DNA from: an uncultured Candidatus Saccharibacteria bacterium
Lineage (GTDB): Bacteria > Patescibacteriota > Saccharimonadia > Saccharimonadales > JACDBH01
Length of the DNA: 64,000 nucleotides
Reading direction: 5' to 3'
NCBI GenBank assembly: GCA_965231105.1
Contig: OZ246417.1
Location: forward strand, 512,908-576,907
In this document: positions 45,266-54,944 of the stretch, piece by piece
Numbering within the stretch: the stretch's first letter is position 1
Layout of the letters: each line of letters begins with the position of its first letter
Program-made: the position numbers and the translations under genes
Notes under the pieces: model-generated
Told to the model about the DNA's origin: nothing
Databases searched by the model: none
The model's input: the letters and a program-made list of their open reading frames with translations, nothing else

Positions 45266-45685
45266 ATGAATACTCTCTCACATTTTGGGTCCTGTCTTAA
45301 TTTTGACCTTATTCAGGACTCAACATACAAATGGTGGTTTTTCGGCGCCTGCCTTGGCCTCATAGCCCTTATTGGTTTGTCTGTCTTTTATAAGGTAAGA
45401 AAAAATGAGAAGAATAAAGGCCTTAAACTTATTTTGTTTATCTTACAGTTCGTAGCAATTAGCGGTGCCATCTTCATGGGTTGGCTTGCCTACAACTCTT
45501 CGCTGGATGAATCGGCGAGCCAGGAATGCGGCGTGACCGTACTGCAAGACAATTCGGCCGAGGCCGCACATGATATGTCTGTGAATTTCTTAAAGGTCTA
45601 TGCGGGCCTAAGCGTACTCCATATTCCACTCAATATTTGGGTTCGTCGTCCCAAACATACGTCAACACCCGATCTAACGAATTAG
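45266..45685 (+). CDS. hypothetical membrane protein
   Basis: 139 aa with 3 TM helices. Confidence 0.5.
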   Translation: MNTLSHFGSCLNFDLIQDSTYKWWFFGACLGLIALIGLSVFYKVRKNEKNKGLKLILFILQFVAISGAIFMGWLAYNSSLDESASQECGVTVLQDNSAEAAHDMSVNFLKVYAGLSVLHIPLNIWVRRPKHTSTPDLTN

Positions 45686-46207
45686 CTTCTCGATACCGTT
45701 ACCAACAGCGTATGAAATAATAGCCGCAGCTAAACCAAGACCCAGTGATTCAAGTACTGTACGCGCTTTATCTACCTTGCTTACAAGCCCCCGTAAATAC
45801 CCAATGATAGCAAACGCAGCCAGGGTTAGGAGAATAGACCAGACCAATGCGTCATTCCCGAGATTCCATTTAAATATATAGTCGAGGGTATATACAGACA
45901 GTGGGATAAACCCAACGAGGATAAAGGATATAAAAGTGGCGATTGATGCCGACATAGGTGATTCATGATCTTCCTGCTTGCTCTCACCTTTGCTCACCGA
46001 AAGTTGCTGTTCACTTTTTTCACTAAGGAATGAACCAACTGCCATAGAAAAGCCATCCGCTAGGACGTTTGCAAAGCCTAAGATTAAAATAACCCGAGAA
46101 CTTAAGTTGGCACCGGCAGCACCCGTTACTACGGCAAAAGTCGTAACCGCACCGTCCATTCCACCATACACAAACTCACGTAAATTGTTTTCTATTCGCT
46201 TAATCAT
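45674..46207 (-). CDS. VIT1/CCC1 family iron/manganese transporter
   Basis: N-terminal FVYGGMDGAVTTFAVVTGAAGA is the VIT-family signature. A TATAAT (46220-46215) lies 7 nt upstream of the ATG. Confidence 0.85.
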   Translation of the reverse strand: MIKRIENNLREFVYGGMDGAVTTFAVVTGAAGANLSSRVILILGFANVLADGFSMAVGSFLSEKSEQQLSVSKGESKQEDHESPMSASIATFISFILVGFIPLSVYTLDYIFKWNLGNDALVWSILLTLAAFAIIGYLRGLVSKVDKARTVLESLGLGLAAAIISYAVGNGIEKLIR

Positions 46208-46245
46208 ACCTGTTATTATACCGCTCTTTAGGAAGCTCGAACAGT

Positions 46246-46887
46246 CTAGAGCCTAAACGCACTAAACAGCGCTAGCACAGCCAACGGGACGGTTACATTA
46301 TCAGCCCCGTACCCACTCACGTTTTCTAGCAAAGTTGTAGTGATGGGCAAAAACAGGAGGAGCGCCCACAGGCTATAATGACTGCTCAGATCTGCGGCAT
46401 AGAACACACCCAAAATGATCGCAAATGATGTAACTAAAAACGCAAAGCTCCCAATCGGAGTTTTGACATGATCAAAGATTTTATAATGGTATTTACCAAA
46501 CCGAGAACCCACGACAGCAGCAAAACCATCGGCCAAGCCAACATGAAGAATTGCAGCGGTGAATACCCATGGCTCAGGGCGTAACAACGCAGCCACAAAG
46601 ATTCCTACACCAAATAATACATCCCCCCACGTCTTGCGCTTAATGGCATGAATCGAATAGAAAACTCCGCTATAACGGTTTATGAGATTAACGATCACGA
46701 AGCTAACGGACAATACCATTATCCAGCCGTAACTCACCCAGAACGGTAAAAATGCCAAAAAACTACCAGTAACAATATGCACGAACTTACGTGCAAACTC
46801 CCCTTTTAAATGTGTTCTATGCCACAAGTATTCGGAAGTTAATAGAATAAGACCAACGATAGCCGCTGCCAGCATGGCTTGAATCAT
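46246..46887 (-). CDS. CTP-dependent polyprenol/diacylglycerol kinase or cytidylyltransferase-family membrane protein
   Basis: 213 aa, multi-pass. GLADGFAAVVGSRFGKYHY...KTPIGSFAF resembles the CTP_transf_1/dolichol-kinase family. A TATAAT (46900-46895) lies 7 nt upstream of the ATG. Confidence 0.55.
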   Translation of the reverse strand: MIQAMLAAAIVGLILLTSEYLWHRTHLKGEFARKFVHIVTGSFLAFLPFWVSYGWIMVLSVSFVIVNLINRYSGVFYSIHAIKRKTWGDVLFGVGIFVAALLRPEPWVFTAAILHVGLADGFAAVVGSRFGKYHYKIFDHVKTPIGSFAFLVTSFAIILGVFYAADLSSHYSLWALLLFLPITTTLLENVSGYGADNVTVPLAVLALFSAFRL

Positions 46888-47015
46888 GCAGTTTATTATA
46901 CGTTTATGACGCGTAGAACGCGTAATAAATGTAAGAATTAGTTTATATCTATAACATTTTATTTACAGATGTAGCGTCTATGGTCTATTATCTTTTGAAA
47001 TAAGAGGCAACGTCC

Positions 47016-48180
47016 ATGATAAGATCCGCCGAAACAAAGGTCAGAAACCTGCTTGAAGATGCGGGAGTCACCCTCAATGGCAATAATCCTGAAGATCCTC
47101 AAGTATACGATCCAACGACATATGAACGCATCATTTCAGGCGGTAGTTTAGCTATTGGCGAAACATATATGGACGGTGTGGGACTGTGAGGCATTGGATG
47201 TCCTTACTGCAAAGGTAGGTGCGCTCGAATCACCCATCAAGCGGCTCGGTAAACTAACCATTGCGCGGGCCGTTGTGACAACCGCACTTGGCAATTTGCA
47301 GCGAGGCGAACGAGCGAGCAGAAATGCCGCTCATCACTACAATATCGGCAACGAGCTCTACGAACCAATGCTCGGTGAGACCATGGCCTATACCTGTGCA
47401 TACTGGGAAAGACCAGATCAGCCGCTCGCCGCAGGCGCAACAGATTTAGATTCTGCCCAAAAGGCAAAATATGAATTAATATGCCAGAAATTAGGATTGA
47501 AGCCCGGCATGCGCTTACTGGATATTGGCTGTGGCTGGGGTGGATTATTAAAACATGCCGTTGAATTCTATGACATTGAGGCGGTGGGCATTACCCCGGC
47601 AGAAGAGCAGGTTGCTTATATTAAAAATATGGGCCTGCCAATTGATGCGAGACAGTTAAAATACACCGAATTAGAGGACGAGTCGTTCGACCGTATTGTT
47701 TCGGTAGGCATGTTTGAACATGTAGGGCCTAAAAACTATCGAGGTTATTTTGAAAAAGCCCGTACCCTGCTGAAGCCCGACGGCCTCAATATGGTGCACA
47801 CAATTGGGGCTCCAAAGAGACGCTATTTCATGGATCCATGGACAAACAAATATATCTTCCCGGGCGGACATATTCCATCGGGCGGACAAATTGTACAGGC
47901 ATCTTCCAAAGAAGGTTTCGTCATCGGAGATATACATGAAATGGGAACTAACTATGACCCTACCCTGATGGCGTGGAATGCGAGATTCCAAGCTGCTTGG
48001 CCTGAACTTAAAGAATTTAAGAATGAGGATGGCACACCAAAATATAACGAGCAATTCAGGCGCATGTGGGAATATTACTTAAAAACTTGTGCAGGTTCAT
48101 TCCGTAATGGCACAAACCTGCTTCTTCAAGTTGTTATGGGTAGCCAGGAAGCTATTACAGGCTACGAGCCTGTACGATAG
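47016..48180 (+). pseudogene. cfa: cyclopropane-fatty-acyl-phospholipid synthase, reading frame broken near codon 55
   Basis: Frame A (47016-47189, SD AAGAGG) encodes MIRSAETKVRNLLEDAGVTLNG...GSLAIGETYMDG, then a stop. Frame B (from 47179) continues WDCEALD...LDIGCGWGG...VSVGMFEHVGPKNY. E. coli Cfa reads GSLGLGESYMDGWWECDRLD across this junction. Confidence 0.7.
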
Positions 48181-48181
48181 G

Positions 48182-48499
48182 TCACTCTACTGTTACAGCC
48201 GTGCCGCTCACACTCACCATAAGCATTGCGCCGCTACCGACAGTTTCATAATCAATATCAACACCTACCACTGCATTCGCACCGAGTTGCGCTGCTGCTT
48301 CAGATAATTCTTTGAGTGCAATTTCTCGTGCGCTTGCTAATTCTTTTTCATATGCAGCGGAGCGTCCGCCCACAATATCACGTACACTCGCAAATATGTC
48401 GCGCACAATGTTTGCGCCCAAAATTGCTTCACCGGTTATTAAACCGTGATAAGTTGTAATGTTTTTGCCTTGAATGGTTGGGGTTGTAGTTATAGTCAT
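48182..48499 (-). CDS. YbjQ/UPF0145 family protein
   Basis: 105 aa. [27 protein letters not shown] is the family signature. A TACAAT (48512-48507) lies 7 nt upstream of the ATG. Confidence 0.85.
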   Translation of the reverse strand: MTITTTPTIQGKNITTYHGLITGEAILGANIVRDIFASVRDIVGGRSAAYEKELASAREIALKELSEAAAQLGANAVVGVDIDYETVGSGAMLMVSVSGTAVTVE

Positions 48500-48514
48500 A
48501 CTACCTATTGTACT

Positions 48515-49450
48515 TTAAAGGTAGGTTGGATCAACAAGTTGTGAGCCTGAGGGTGGCCCACTGTAAAATACGCCGGCCCGACCAGGATAAAAGCGTGGAC
48601 GAATAAAAGTTGCGCCTGATTGATAAATCATAAAGTACGCCGGTTGTGGTTCGGAGGGATCTCCGAATACCGTGTCGGTAAAGACGTAATCCGTACCAGT
48701 AATATTAGTAATGCCGGTATTTACAGTCGCGTCACCGCTCCAGCGGGACTGAACAATGAAACGAGAACGATTAACATGCACGTTTGAAGAAAGGCCACCG
48801 GAATTCGTAAAGGATGCCATCGCTTCACAATGCGCATCAGGACTCGTGCTTCCTGAGACATACACAACCGTATCATTAACTGTCATGACACGACCATTTG
48901 TGGCGCCTTGCGGACGAAGCCCAACACAGGTGTCTGTGACATATGAACGATTGATCGTCCAGCCACCATGTCCTCCGCTCTCGTAATAAATTCCGCAGGT
49001 TATGTTGGCATAATTAACTTCAACTACTCGAGTTGCGGAGCCAAAGCCGCCACCCACGCACATTTCGACATCGTTAAAAATGTACGTACAGTGATTAACG
49101 AATTCTACTTTACTGGTAAACCGCACGGCATTATATGTTCCGCATGGGATATTGCCACCAGCACGATCAGACAGCGCAACACGGGGACCTACTGTCGCGC
49201 GAGTTGCAGCAATATCACCACTCGGTGAAGGTGTAGAAGCCGAATCAAAACGCACTGCACTACCCCCACTTGCAGCATTATCCGTTACCAGATTTGCGGT
49301 AGCACTTCTGGTGCCACTTTCTGCCTCAAACTTTATATGTGGACGTGTTGCCGCAAAAACTAACACAGAAATAGATGTCAAACCTACTAAAATTAAAACG
49401 CTTAAGACTTTTGGCAATTTATGCGGTGAGATCTTAAGCAATTTACCCAT
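48515..49450 (-). CDS. secreted/anchored hypothetical protein, possibly a parallel beta-helix
   Basis: N-terminal signal-anchor, and a Gly/Asn/Thr/Val-rich repetitive beta character. A TAGACT (49462-49457) lies 6 nt upstream of the ATG. Confidence 0.6.
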   Translation of the reverse strand: MGKLLKISPHKLPKVLSVLILVGLTSISVLVFAATRPHIKFEAESGTRSATANLVTDNAASGGSAVRFDSASTPSPSGDIAATRATVGPRVALSDRAGGNIPCGTYNAVRFTSKVEFVNHCTYIFNDVEMCVGGGFGSATRVVEVNYANITCGIYYESGGHGGWTINRSYVTDTCVGLRPQGATNGRVMTVNDTVVYVSGSTSPDAHCEAMASFTNSGGLSSNVHVNRSRFIVQSRWSGDATVNTGITNITGTDYVFTDTVFGDPSEPQPAYFMIYQSGATFIRPRFYPGRAGVFYSGPPSGSQLVDPTYL

Positions 49451-49650
49451 AGAGTAAGTCTACCTTGGATAGACTCTTGTGAACAAATTCAATTTGGTCG
49501 ACGAAGTAATACGTTAAGCGAACCTATCCTTGCTTCGCTACACACCCTGTTATTGAGCTACCAAATGATTAGATCGAGATTAGTAGATTTAAATAAATTA
49601 CTAATCAGTCTAAAAGAGCACAGTAGACTGATTGATAAGAAGTTCTTATT

Positions 49651-50130
49651 TTAATAATCGGCTAGAAAGCCAGAACCGTTAGGTAAACCGTAAACTAATC
49701 CTGCTTGTTTTTGTTCTCTAAGTCTTTGTACCGCAAGGCTAAGATCTTCAGCGCTAAACCCACCGCTTGGCTGACCATCTTTAGCAAGACCGCCTACTAA
49801 TCCAACTCGTACAGCAGAATGTTGTATTTCAGCGCCCGTGCTTGGGTCTACTTTAATCGCATTAATGCTTGCAGCCATATTGCTGGGCTCTAGACTAAAT
49901 GCTATAGGAACTTCTGCCGATACAGAACCTTGCATTTGTGCAACTTTTTGCTTTAATGCATTTGCAGCAAGGTCGTTCGAAATCGAAGCGAGTCGTTCCC
50001 ACCTGTCTGCATTACTCCTTAACGCCCCATGATAACGAATGGCTAAGCCTGACATTAAAGATAATGTCGTGTTTTCATCAACTACAGCTCGTTTTCGTTC
50101 ATTAAAATCGAACGCTTCACTCATATGCAT
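49651..50130 (-). CDS. hypothetical protein
   Basis: 159-aa ORF with no recognised domain. Confidence 0.5.
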   Translation of the reverse strand: MHMSEAFDFNERKRAVVDENTTLSLMSGLAIRYHGALRSNADRWERLASISNDLAANALKQKVAQMQGSVSAEVPIAFSLEPSNMAASINAIKVDPSTGAEIQHSAVRVGLVGGLAKDGQPSGGFSAEDLSLAVQRLREQKQAGLVYGLPNGSGFLADY

Positions 50131-50245
50131 ATTTTACTATATTTATGCTAAATTGTAAATAGTTGCAGCTCTGAGGTGATGGTTCATGCAAACTATTTAA
50201 AAACAAAAAAATAAGAGGCAAAATGCCCCTTATTCATAATGCTTA

Positions 50246-50322
50246 TGGTCGGGGATAGAGGACTCGAACCTCCGACCTCGCGGTCCCAAACCGCGCGCGC
50301 TAGCCAACTGCGCCAATCCCCG
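50246..50322 (-). tRNA. tRNA-Pro (anticodon TGG), CCA encoded
   Basis: The reverse complement folds with acceptor CGGGGAT/ATCCCCG, anticodon stem CGCGG/CCGCG with loop TTTGGGA, and T-arm GGAGG-TTCGAGT-CCTCT. Confidence 0.9.
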
Positions 50323-50374
50323 GATCCCGGATATTATAACCGCTTTTTAACAGATTATCTAGCCTGAAACACGG

Positions 50375-51178
50375 CTACGCTAAGATCTGCTGTATCTGCT
50401 TTATACTCTCAGCACGTCCCGTATTTTCGTCGTTTGTGATCAAAACCGCATTGAACTGCATTGGTCCTTCAGACTCTAGCTCATTTGATGTTCGAATATT
50501 ATCTCGCCAACGCGGAATAATGCTATCCAGCTTAACACCCAAACTACTATGCAAACTGCCGCTCATACCTACGTCAGTTATGTGTGCCGTGCCTTTTGGC
50601 AAGATCATGGCATCAGCGGTCGGTACATGCCAGTGATCACCAACCACAGCCGTTACTCTTCCGTCCAGGTAATATCCAATCACACGCTTTTCGCTGCTGT
50701 AGTCGCCATGGAAATTAACAACCGTAGCTACTCGTTCAACATCAACCTGGCTGGCCAATATTTCATCGGCAACTTTGAGCGGATTGTCCATTGGTGCATC
50801 TGCATCTTTACCAACAATATGGCCGAGTAAACTTATGACAAGCACTTTGCCTTTCGGTGTATTAACATACTTGAATTGCTGGCCTTCTGTACCATTTGGA
50901 TAGTTCGCAGGACGAGTTACGGGAGCTTCAGCATCATTTAGCAGTTCAATTGTTTCATCTCGATGCATAGTCCAGTTCCCTCCCGTAAATGCATGGACAC
51001 CCGCTTTTTTTAGTCTTTCGTAATCAGCCCTAGATAAACCCTTGCCTTCACTTACATTTTCAGCTTGAGCAATAACAAGATCTAGATCATGCTCTTTCTT
51101 TAGTTCTGGCAAAATCTTCTCTACGGTCTGGATACCCATTTCGCCCATCAAGTCACCAATATAAAGAATGTTCATCAT
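50375..51178 (-). CDS. ymdB: YmdB-type metallophosphoesterase (2',3'-cyclic-nucleotide 2'-phosphodiesterase family)
   Basis: NILYIGDLMGEMG and AQAENVSEGKGL motifs. The ATG at 51178 overlaps the upstream stop (ATGA). Confidence 0.85.
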   Translation of the reverse strand: MMNILYIGDLMGEMGIQTVEKILPELKKEHDLDLVIAQAENVSEGKGLSRADYERLKKAGVHAFTGGNWTMHRDETIELLNDAEAPVTRPANYPNGTEGQQFKYVNTPKGKVLVISLLGHIVGKDADAPMDNPLKVADEILASQVDVERVATVVNFHGDYSSEKRVIGYYLDGRVTAVVGDHWHVPTADAMILPKGTAHITDVGMSGSLHSSLGVKLDSIIPRWRDNIRTSNELESEGPMQFNAVLITNDENTGRAESIKQIQQILA

Positions 51179-51780
51179 TTTGCTTTCTCTTTTATAAACC
51201 AATCCGGCTGCGGAAGGTTAAATTTTATCTCTGGAATCATTGATATATGCTCATTTCGAGTAATATCGGGATACTGTTTGCGATAGGCAGTTGTGACACT
51301 GCCAAAAACTGCAATATTCCAATCAAAGCCTAATTTTTTCGCAATTCTTTGTACTGCTTCCTCACTAGTGCTTTCAATTTCGATATAAGGATTAAGCCAT
51401 GGCCATTCATCGAGCACAATTTCGGCACCATTAAGTGTCCACGTTTCGCGTCTAGTTTCTTGGTCGGTATGGATTATTAGCCCTAATGATTGAAATATTT
51501 GTATAGTTTTCTCGTAGTCACTCACAATAACTTCGATTTCTTTTGCGCCACCAAATTTATTTTCTTCAGTTTGTTTATATGTAAGCGTTACTCTATCACC
51601 TTCATCCCGTATACGAACCCAACCGTCATACTTTGCCTGCATTCGTCGGTCTGGGTAATCAATAACCACCCGTCGCATAAGACGCATTGGCTGCGCTAGT
51701 TTTGCCCCGAGTACCTTCAGCTTTTCGCGAATTTCCTCGTGATCAACATTTAAAAACTTGGCTTCAATTTCTGTCTGCAT
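51175..51780 (-). CDS. CYTH-domain protein (class IV adenylate cyclase/triphosphatase family)
   Basis: N-terminal EIEAKF (ExExK signature). 201 aa. Confidence 0.75.
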   Translation of the reverse strand: MQTEIEAKFLNVDHEEIREKLKVLGAKLAQPMRLMRRVVIDYPDRRMQAKYDGWVRIRDEGDRVTLTYKQTEENKFGGAKEIEVIVSDYEKTIQIFQSLGLIIHTDQETRRETWTLNGAEIVLDEWPWLNPYIEIESTSEEAVQRIAKKLGFDWNIAVFGSVTTAYRKQYPDITRNEHISMIPEIKFNLPQPDWFIKEKAK

Positions 51781-51783
51781 AAT

Positions 51784-52383
51784 TTAAAGTTTATACGTTT
51801 TTTTCATTCTACTTCTATAATCACCAAAATCAGTGTAGATTTCTGTATATATGCCCATGTCTTCAGCCGCCGCAATGTTGGTGGCGTCATCATCCCAGAA
51901 CAACACTTCATCCGGGCTGTGTTCTATGGCCGCCAAGACTTTTTCAAAGAACTCCCGACTTGGCTTCTTCTCGCCTAAATGTGCAGAGGCAAAAAGTCCG
52001 TCGAAACTATTCTTAAAACCCATGTGCTCTAACATGTAAGCGGCTCGATAGGCATCTTGATTAGTCGCAACAAAACACTTTATGCCGTTTTGTCTCAGTT
52101 GCGTAACATGCTCTAGTAGCTCTTCATTTAGCTTATGTTCAAATTCAAACCAAAATTTCTGATAGTCTTCTACACTGCCTGGCCAGCCCCATTTTTTTAG
52201 ATACGGAGCAATTTTCTCCCTTGTATCCGCTTTGCCTACCAAGATTTCTGCCCATTCTTTTTCGAAAAATTCACGACTTACAGAGCGCTGTATTCCATAG
52301 CGTCGTTCAAGTTCAATAGAAGCCACCTCGCTCTGAATCAATACTCCATCAGCATCGTAAAGAATAGCTTGTATTTTGCTCAT
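51784..52383 (-). CDS. HAD-superfamily hydrolase
   Basis: Motif I YDADGVL and motif IV WDDD. The ATG at 52383 is preferred; the track start at 52404 is a TTG that overlaps rny. Confidence 0.8.
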   Translation of the reverse strand: MSKIQAILYDADGVLIQSEVASIELERRYGIQRSVSREFFEKEWAEILVGKADTREKIAPYLKKWGWPGSVEDYQKFWFEFEHKLNEELLEHVTQLRQNGIKCFVATNQDAYRAAYMLEHMGFKNSFDGLFASAHLGEKKPSREFFEKVLAAIEHSPDEVLFWDDDATNIAAAEDMGIYTEIYTDFGDYRSRMKKTYKL

Positions 52384-52393
52384 ATCGCTTTGA

Positions 52394-53908
52394 TTACTTA
52401 GCAAATTCTATCGCACGAGTTTCACGAATGACATTAACCTTGATGGTACCTGGGTACTGCATGGTGCTTTCAATTTTATTGGCTATATCACGAGCCAGCT
52501 TAATAGCGCTTAAATCATCTATATCCTGAGGACGCACAAATACACGCACTTCACGACCGGCTGAAATTGCATAGGCTTTATCAATACCGTTAAAGCCAAG
52601 CGCAATGTTTTCAAGTTCACGCATACGTTCGCCGAAGTTCTCAGCGCTAATATTACGTGCACCTGGTCGTGATGCGCTAATGGCATCTACGGTACGAACA
52701 ATAAGTGCTTCGACACTCGTTGCCTCAACATCATCATGATGCTGTTCTGCTGCAAGAGCGACTTCTTCAGGAGCACCATACTTCCGAAGCATTTCGCCAC
52801 TAATATGGTGGTGCTTGCCTTCCATTTTATGAGTAAGGGCTTTACCAAGATCATGCACGAGTGCAGCGTATTTTGCTGTCTTTACATTAGCGCCAAGTTG
52901 CTCGGCAATAATGCCGGCAATGTGCGCCATTTCAGTTGAGTGCTTCAAAACGTTTTGGCCATAGCTGGTGCGATACTTAAGCTCGCCCAGCAGCTGCAAA
53001 ATTTCTTTAGGAATGCCAACAATACCAACTTCGCGCGCTGCGTCTTCAGCAGCATGCATAACGTCTTTTTGTACTTGCTTCTGTGCCTTTTCGACAACCT
53101 CTTCAATACGACCAGGATGTACACGGCCGTCCTTCAAAAGCATTTCAAGTGCAATGCGCGCAGTCTCACGACGCACAGGATCAAAGCTCGAAAGAATGAT
53201 CATACCAGGAGTATCATCAACTAAAATGTCGACACCAGTCGCACGCTGCAATGACTGAATGTTTCGACCTTCCTTACCAATAATGCGACCCTTCATTTCT
53301 TCGTCTTCAAGCTTAACAGCTGTGACGGTTCGCTCGGCAGTAACCTCACTCGCCATACGTTCCATAGCCTGGGTAATCACAAGAGCTGCCGATTCCTCGG
53401 CTTGGTCTTTAGCTTCGTTCTGTAGTTTACTAACAAGTCCCAAAAGATCACCGCGAATATCGCGCTCCGTCATCTTCATTAACTTTTCAGCTGCTTCTTC
53501 TTTTGTAAGTTTGGCAACTTTCTCAAGCTTCTCTTGCTGCTTGCCACGAATCTCACGAATCTCGTCTTTGAGCTGCTCGATTTCATCTTCACTTTTACGA
53601 AGGCCATCTGCTCTTTTATCAAGCGTGTCGAGTTTTTTATCCAACGCTTCTTCACGAGCAAGCAAACGAGCTTCAATTTCTTTCGTTTCCTTGCGGCGGG
53701 ACTGCTCTTCTTTACGTGCAGTCTCGGCAATATCGGCAGCCTCTTCACGTGCTTTGCGCAGCTGCTCATCAGCCTCTTTTTTCGCTTTCTTTAGTTCCTT
53801 TTCAGCCGCCTCTTCAACAGATCCGAGCTTCTTTTTTGTCAGCACAGTGCTACCGCCATAACCTGCGGCAAGCCCAACCAAAGCTAAGACAATGGTTATT
53901 GGCTCCAT
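52394..53908 (-). CDS. rny: ribonuclease Y
   Basis: N-terminal TM helix, a K/E-rich coiled coil, a KH domain (GRIIGKEGRNI) and an HD domain (HDLGKA). ATG at 53908 with AAAGGA SD. Confidence 0.95.
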   Translation of the reverse strand: MEPITIVLALVGLAAGYGGSTVLTKKKLGSVEEAAEKELKKAKKEADEQLRKAREEAADIAETARKEEQSRRKETKEIEARLLAREEALDKKLDTLDKRADGLRKSEDEIEQLKDEIREIRGKQQEKLEKVAKLTKEEAAEKLMKMTERDIRGDLLGLVSKLQNEAKDQAEESAALVITQAMERMASEVTAERTVTAVKLEDEEMKGRIIGKEGRNIQSLQRATGVDILVDDTPGMIILSSFDPVRRETARIALEMLLKDGRVHPGRIEEVVEKAQKQVQKDVMHAAEDAAREVGIVGIPKEILQLLGELKYRTSYGQNVLKHSTEMAHIAGIIAEQLGANVKTAKYAALVHDLGKALTHKMEGKHHHISGEMLRKYGAPEEVALAAEQHHDDVEATSVEALIVRTVDAISASRPGARNISAENFGERMRELENIALGFNGIDKAYAISAGREVRVFVRPQDIDDLSAIKLARDIANKIESTMQYPGTIKVNVIRETRAIEFAK

Positions 53909-54078
53909 ATCCTCGTCCTTTCTACTGCTACGGCTCAAGCAGCCGCTTCTCTTTGGCAATCACTTTCACTTCATTAGCCGAAAGAAATCAGTGCGAACCT
54001 ATAGCAAAAAATACATTTAAGTTTAAAATCAGGATTTATCCCAAAACTCTTAAAATCCTAGCTGTATTGTAGCACGAT

Positions 54079-54471
54079 TTACTTTTTTGGTGCGGTAATA
54101 TTTGCTTCCGCGCCATAGTGCGGCATAACGATATTGTCGCTCATACCGGACATGAGCTTTTTGATACCCTCTTGCTGCCAGTTTTCACCCTCAGCGCCCA
54201 CAATGGGAAGCTTGTTACTGTACGCCAGCGCGTTAGCCACACTAATGCCAATACGTAGGCCTGTAAAAGACCCTGGTCCTTGAAAAACCACAACGCCTTC
54301 AATAGTATTCCATTCGATTTTCTGTGAGGTTATAAGTGCTTCAATTCTTTTATGAAGCGTTTCGGCCAACTGTCTATGGGCTTGCCATGCCTCATAGGCC
54401 AGTTCTTTTTCGTTATCAAATAAACCAATTTCGCTCTCTGGCTTGTCTGTTCGTATTGTGAGAATAATCAT
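54079..54471 (-). CDS. tsaB: tRNA t6A biosynthesis protein TsaB (short form)
   Basis: GPGSFTGLRIGISVANALA motif. 130 aa. Confidence 0.8.
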   Translation of the reverse strand: MIILTIRTDKPESEIGLFDNEKELAYEAWQAHRQLAETLHKRIEALITSQKIEWNTIEGVVVFQGPGSFTGLRIGISVANALAYSNKLPIVGAEGENWQQEGIKKLMSGMSDNIVMPHYGAEANITAPKK

Positions 54472-54944
54472 TTGATATTCTCCATAATGTAGGAGCTTTC
54501 CGGTGGGCAGCTGACGCTAATACGCCGATGCTCCTCGTTATCACTCAGGCGATCAATCTTAATAACAACCGCACGATCAGGGAGTACATCACTCACGATA
54601 TCGCCCCATTCAATCGCTACGATCGATTTGGGATCTTCTATGACTTCAGAAAGCTCATGAGCAACAATTCCCGGATCATCCAAGCGGTAAAAATCGAAAT
54701 GGTGCAGATATAAATCATCCCGACATTTATACACTCTGCTAATCGTGTACGTAGGGCTGCCTACCTGATCATCACTTCCAAGACCTTTTGCAAATCCTTT
54801 AATAAAAGTCGTTTTGCCACCGCCAAGATCGCTTGCGAGTAAAAAGACTTCACCGCCCCTACAGACGTTGCCGAACTTCTCGCCTAAAGCGGAGGTACTT
54901 TCGGAATTGAAAGAGTCGGTTTGCCAGGTCGCGTCGATATTCAT
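54468..54944 (-). CDS. tsaE: tRNA t6A biosynthesis ATPase TsaE
   Basis: Walker A SDLGGGKTTF and a YjeE-like layout. Confidence 0.85.
   Translation of the reverse strand: MNIDATWQTDSFNSESTSALGEKFGNVCRGGEVFLLASDLGGGKTTFIKGFAKGLGSDDQVGSPTYTISRVYKCRDDLYLHHFDFYRLDDPGIVAHELSEVIEDPKSIVAIEWGDIVSDVLPDRAVVIKIDRLSDNEEHRRISVSCPPESSYIMENIK

Noticed and set aside
49560-49650. Two strong inverted repeats (TTAGTA...TACTAA and AATCAGTCTA...TAGACTGATT) in a 200-nt intergenic region. I considered an sRNA or a mobile-element end.
   Set aside because: They lie directly downstream of the 49651 gene on its coding strand, so they are most simply transcription terminators. I saw no second copy elsewhere in the window.
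53259-53861. A 200-aa Ser/Phe-rich ORF, plus several 60-118-aa ORFs, on the plus strand opposite rny.
   Set aside because: These are shadow ORFs created by the K/E-rich coiled-coil coding region of RNase Y on the other strand. They have no start signals and a low-complexity translation.
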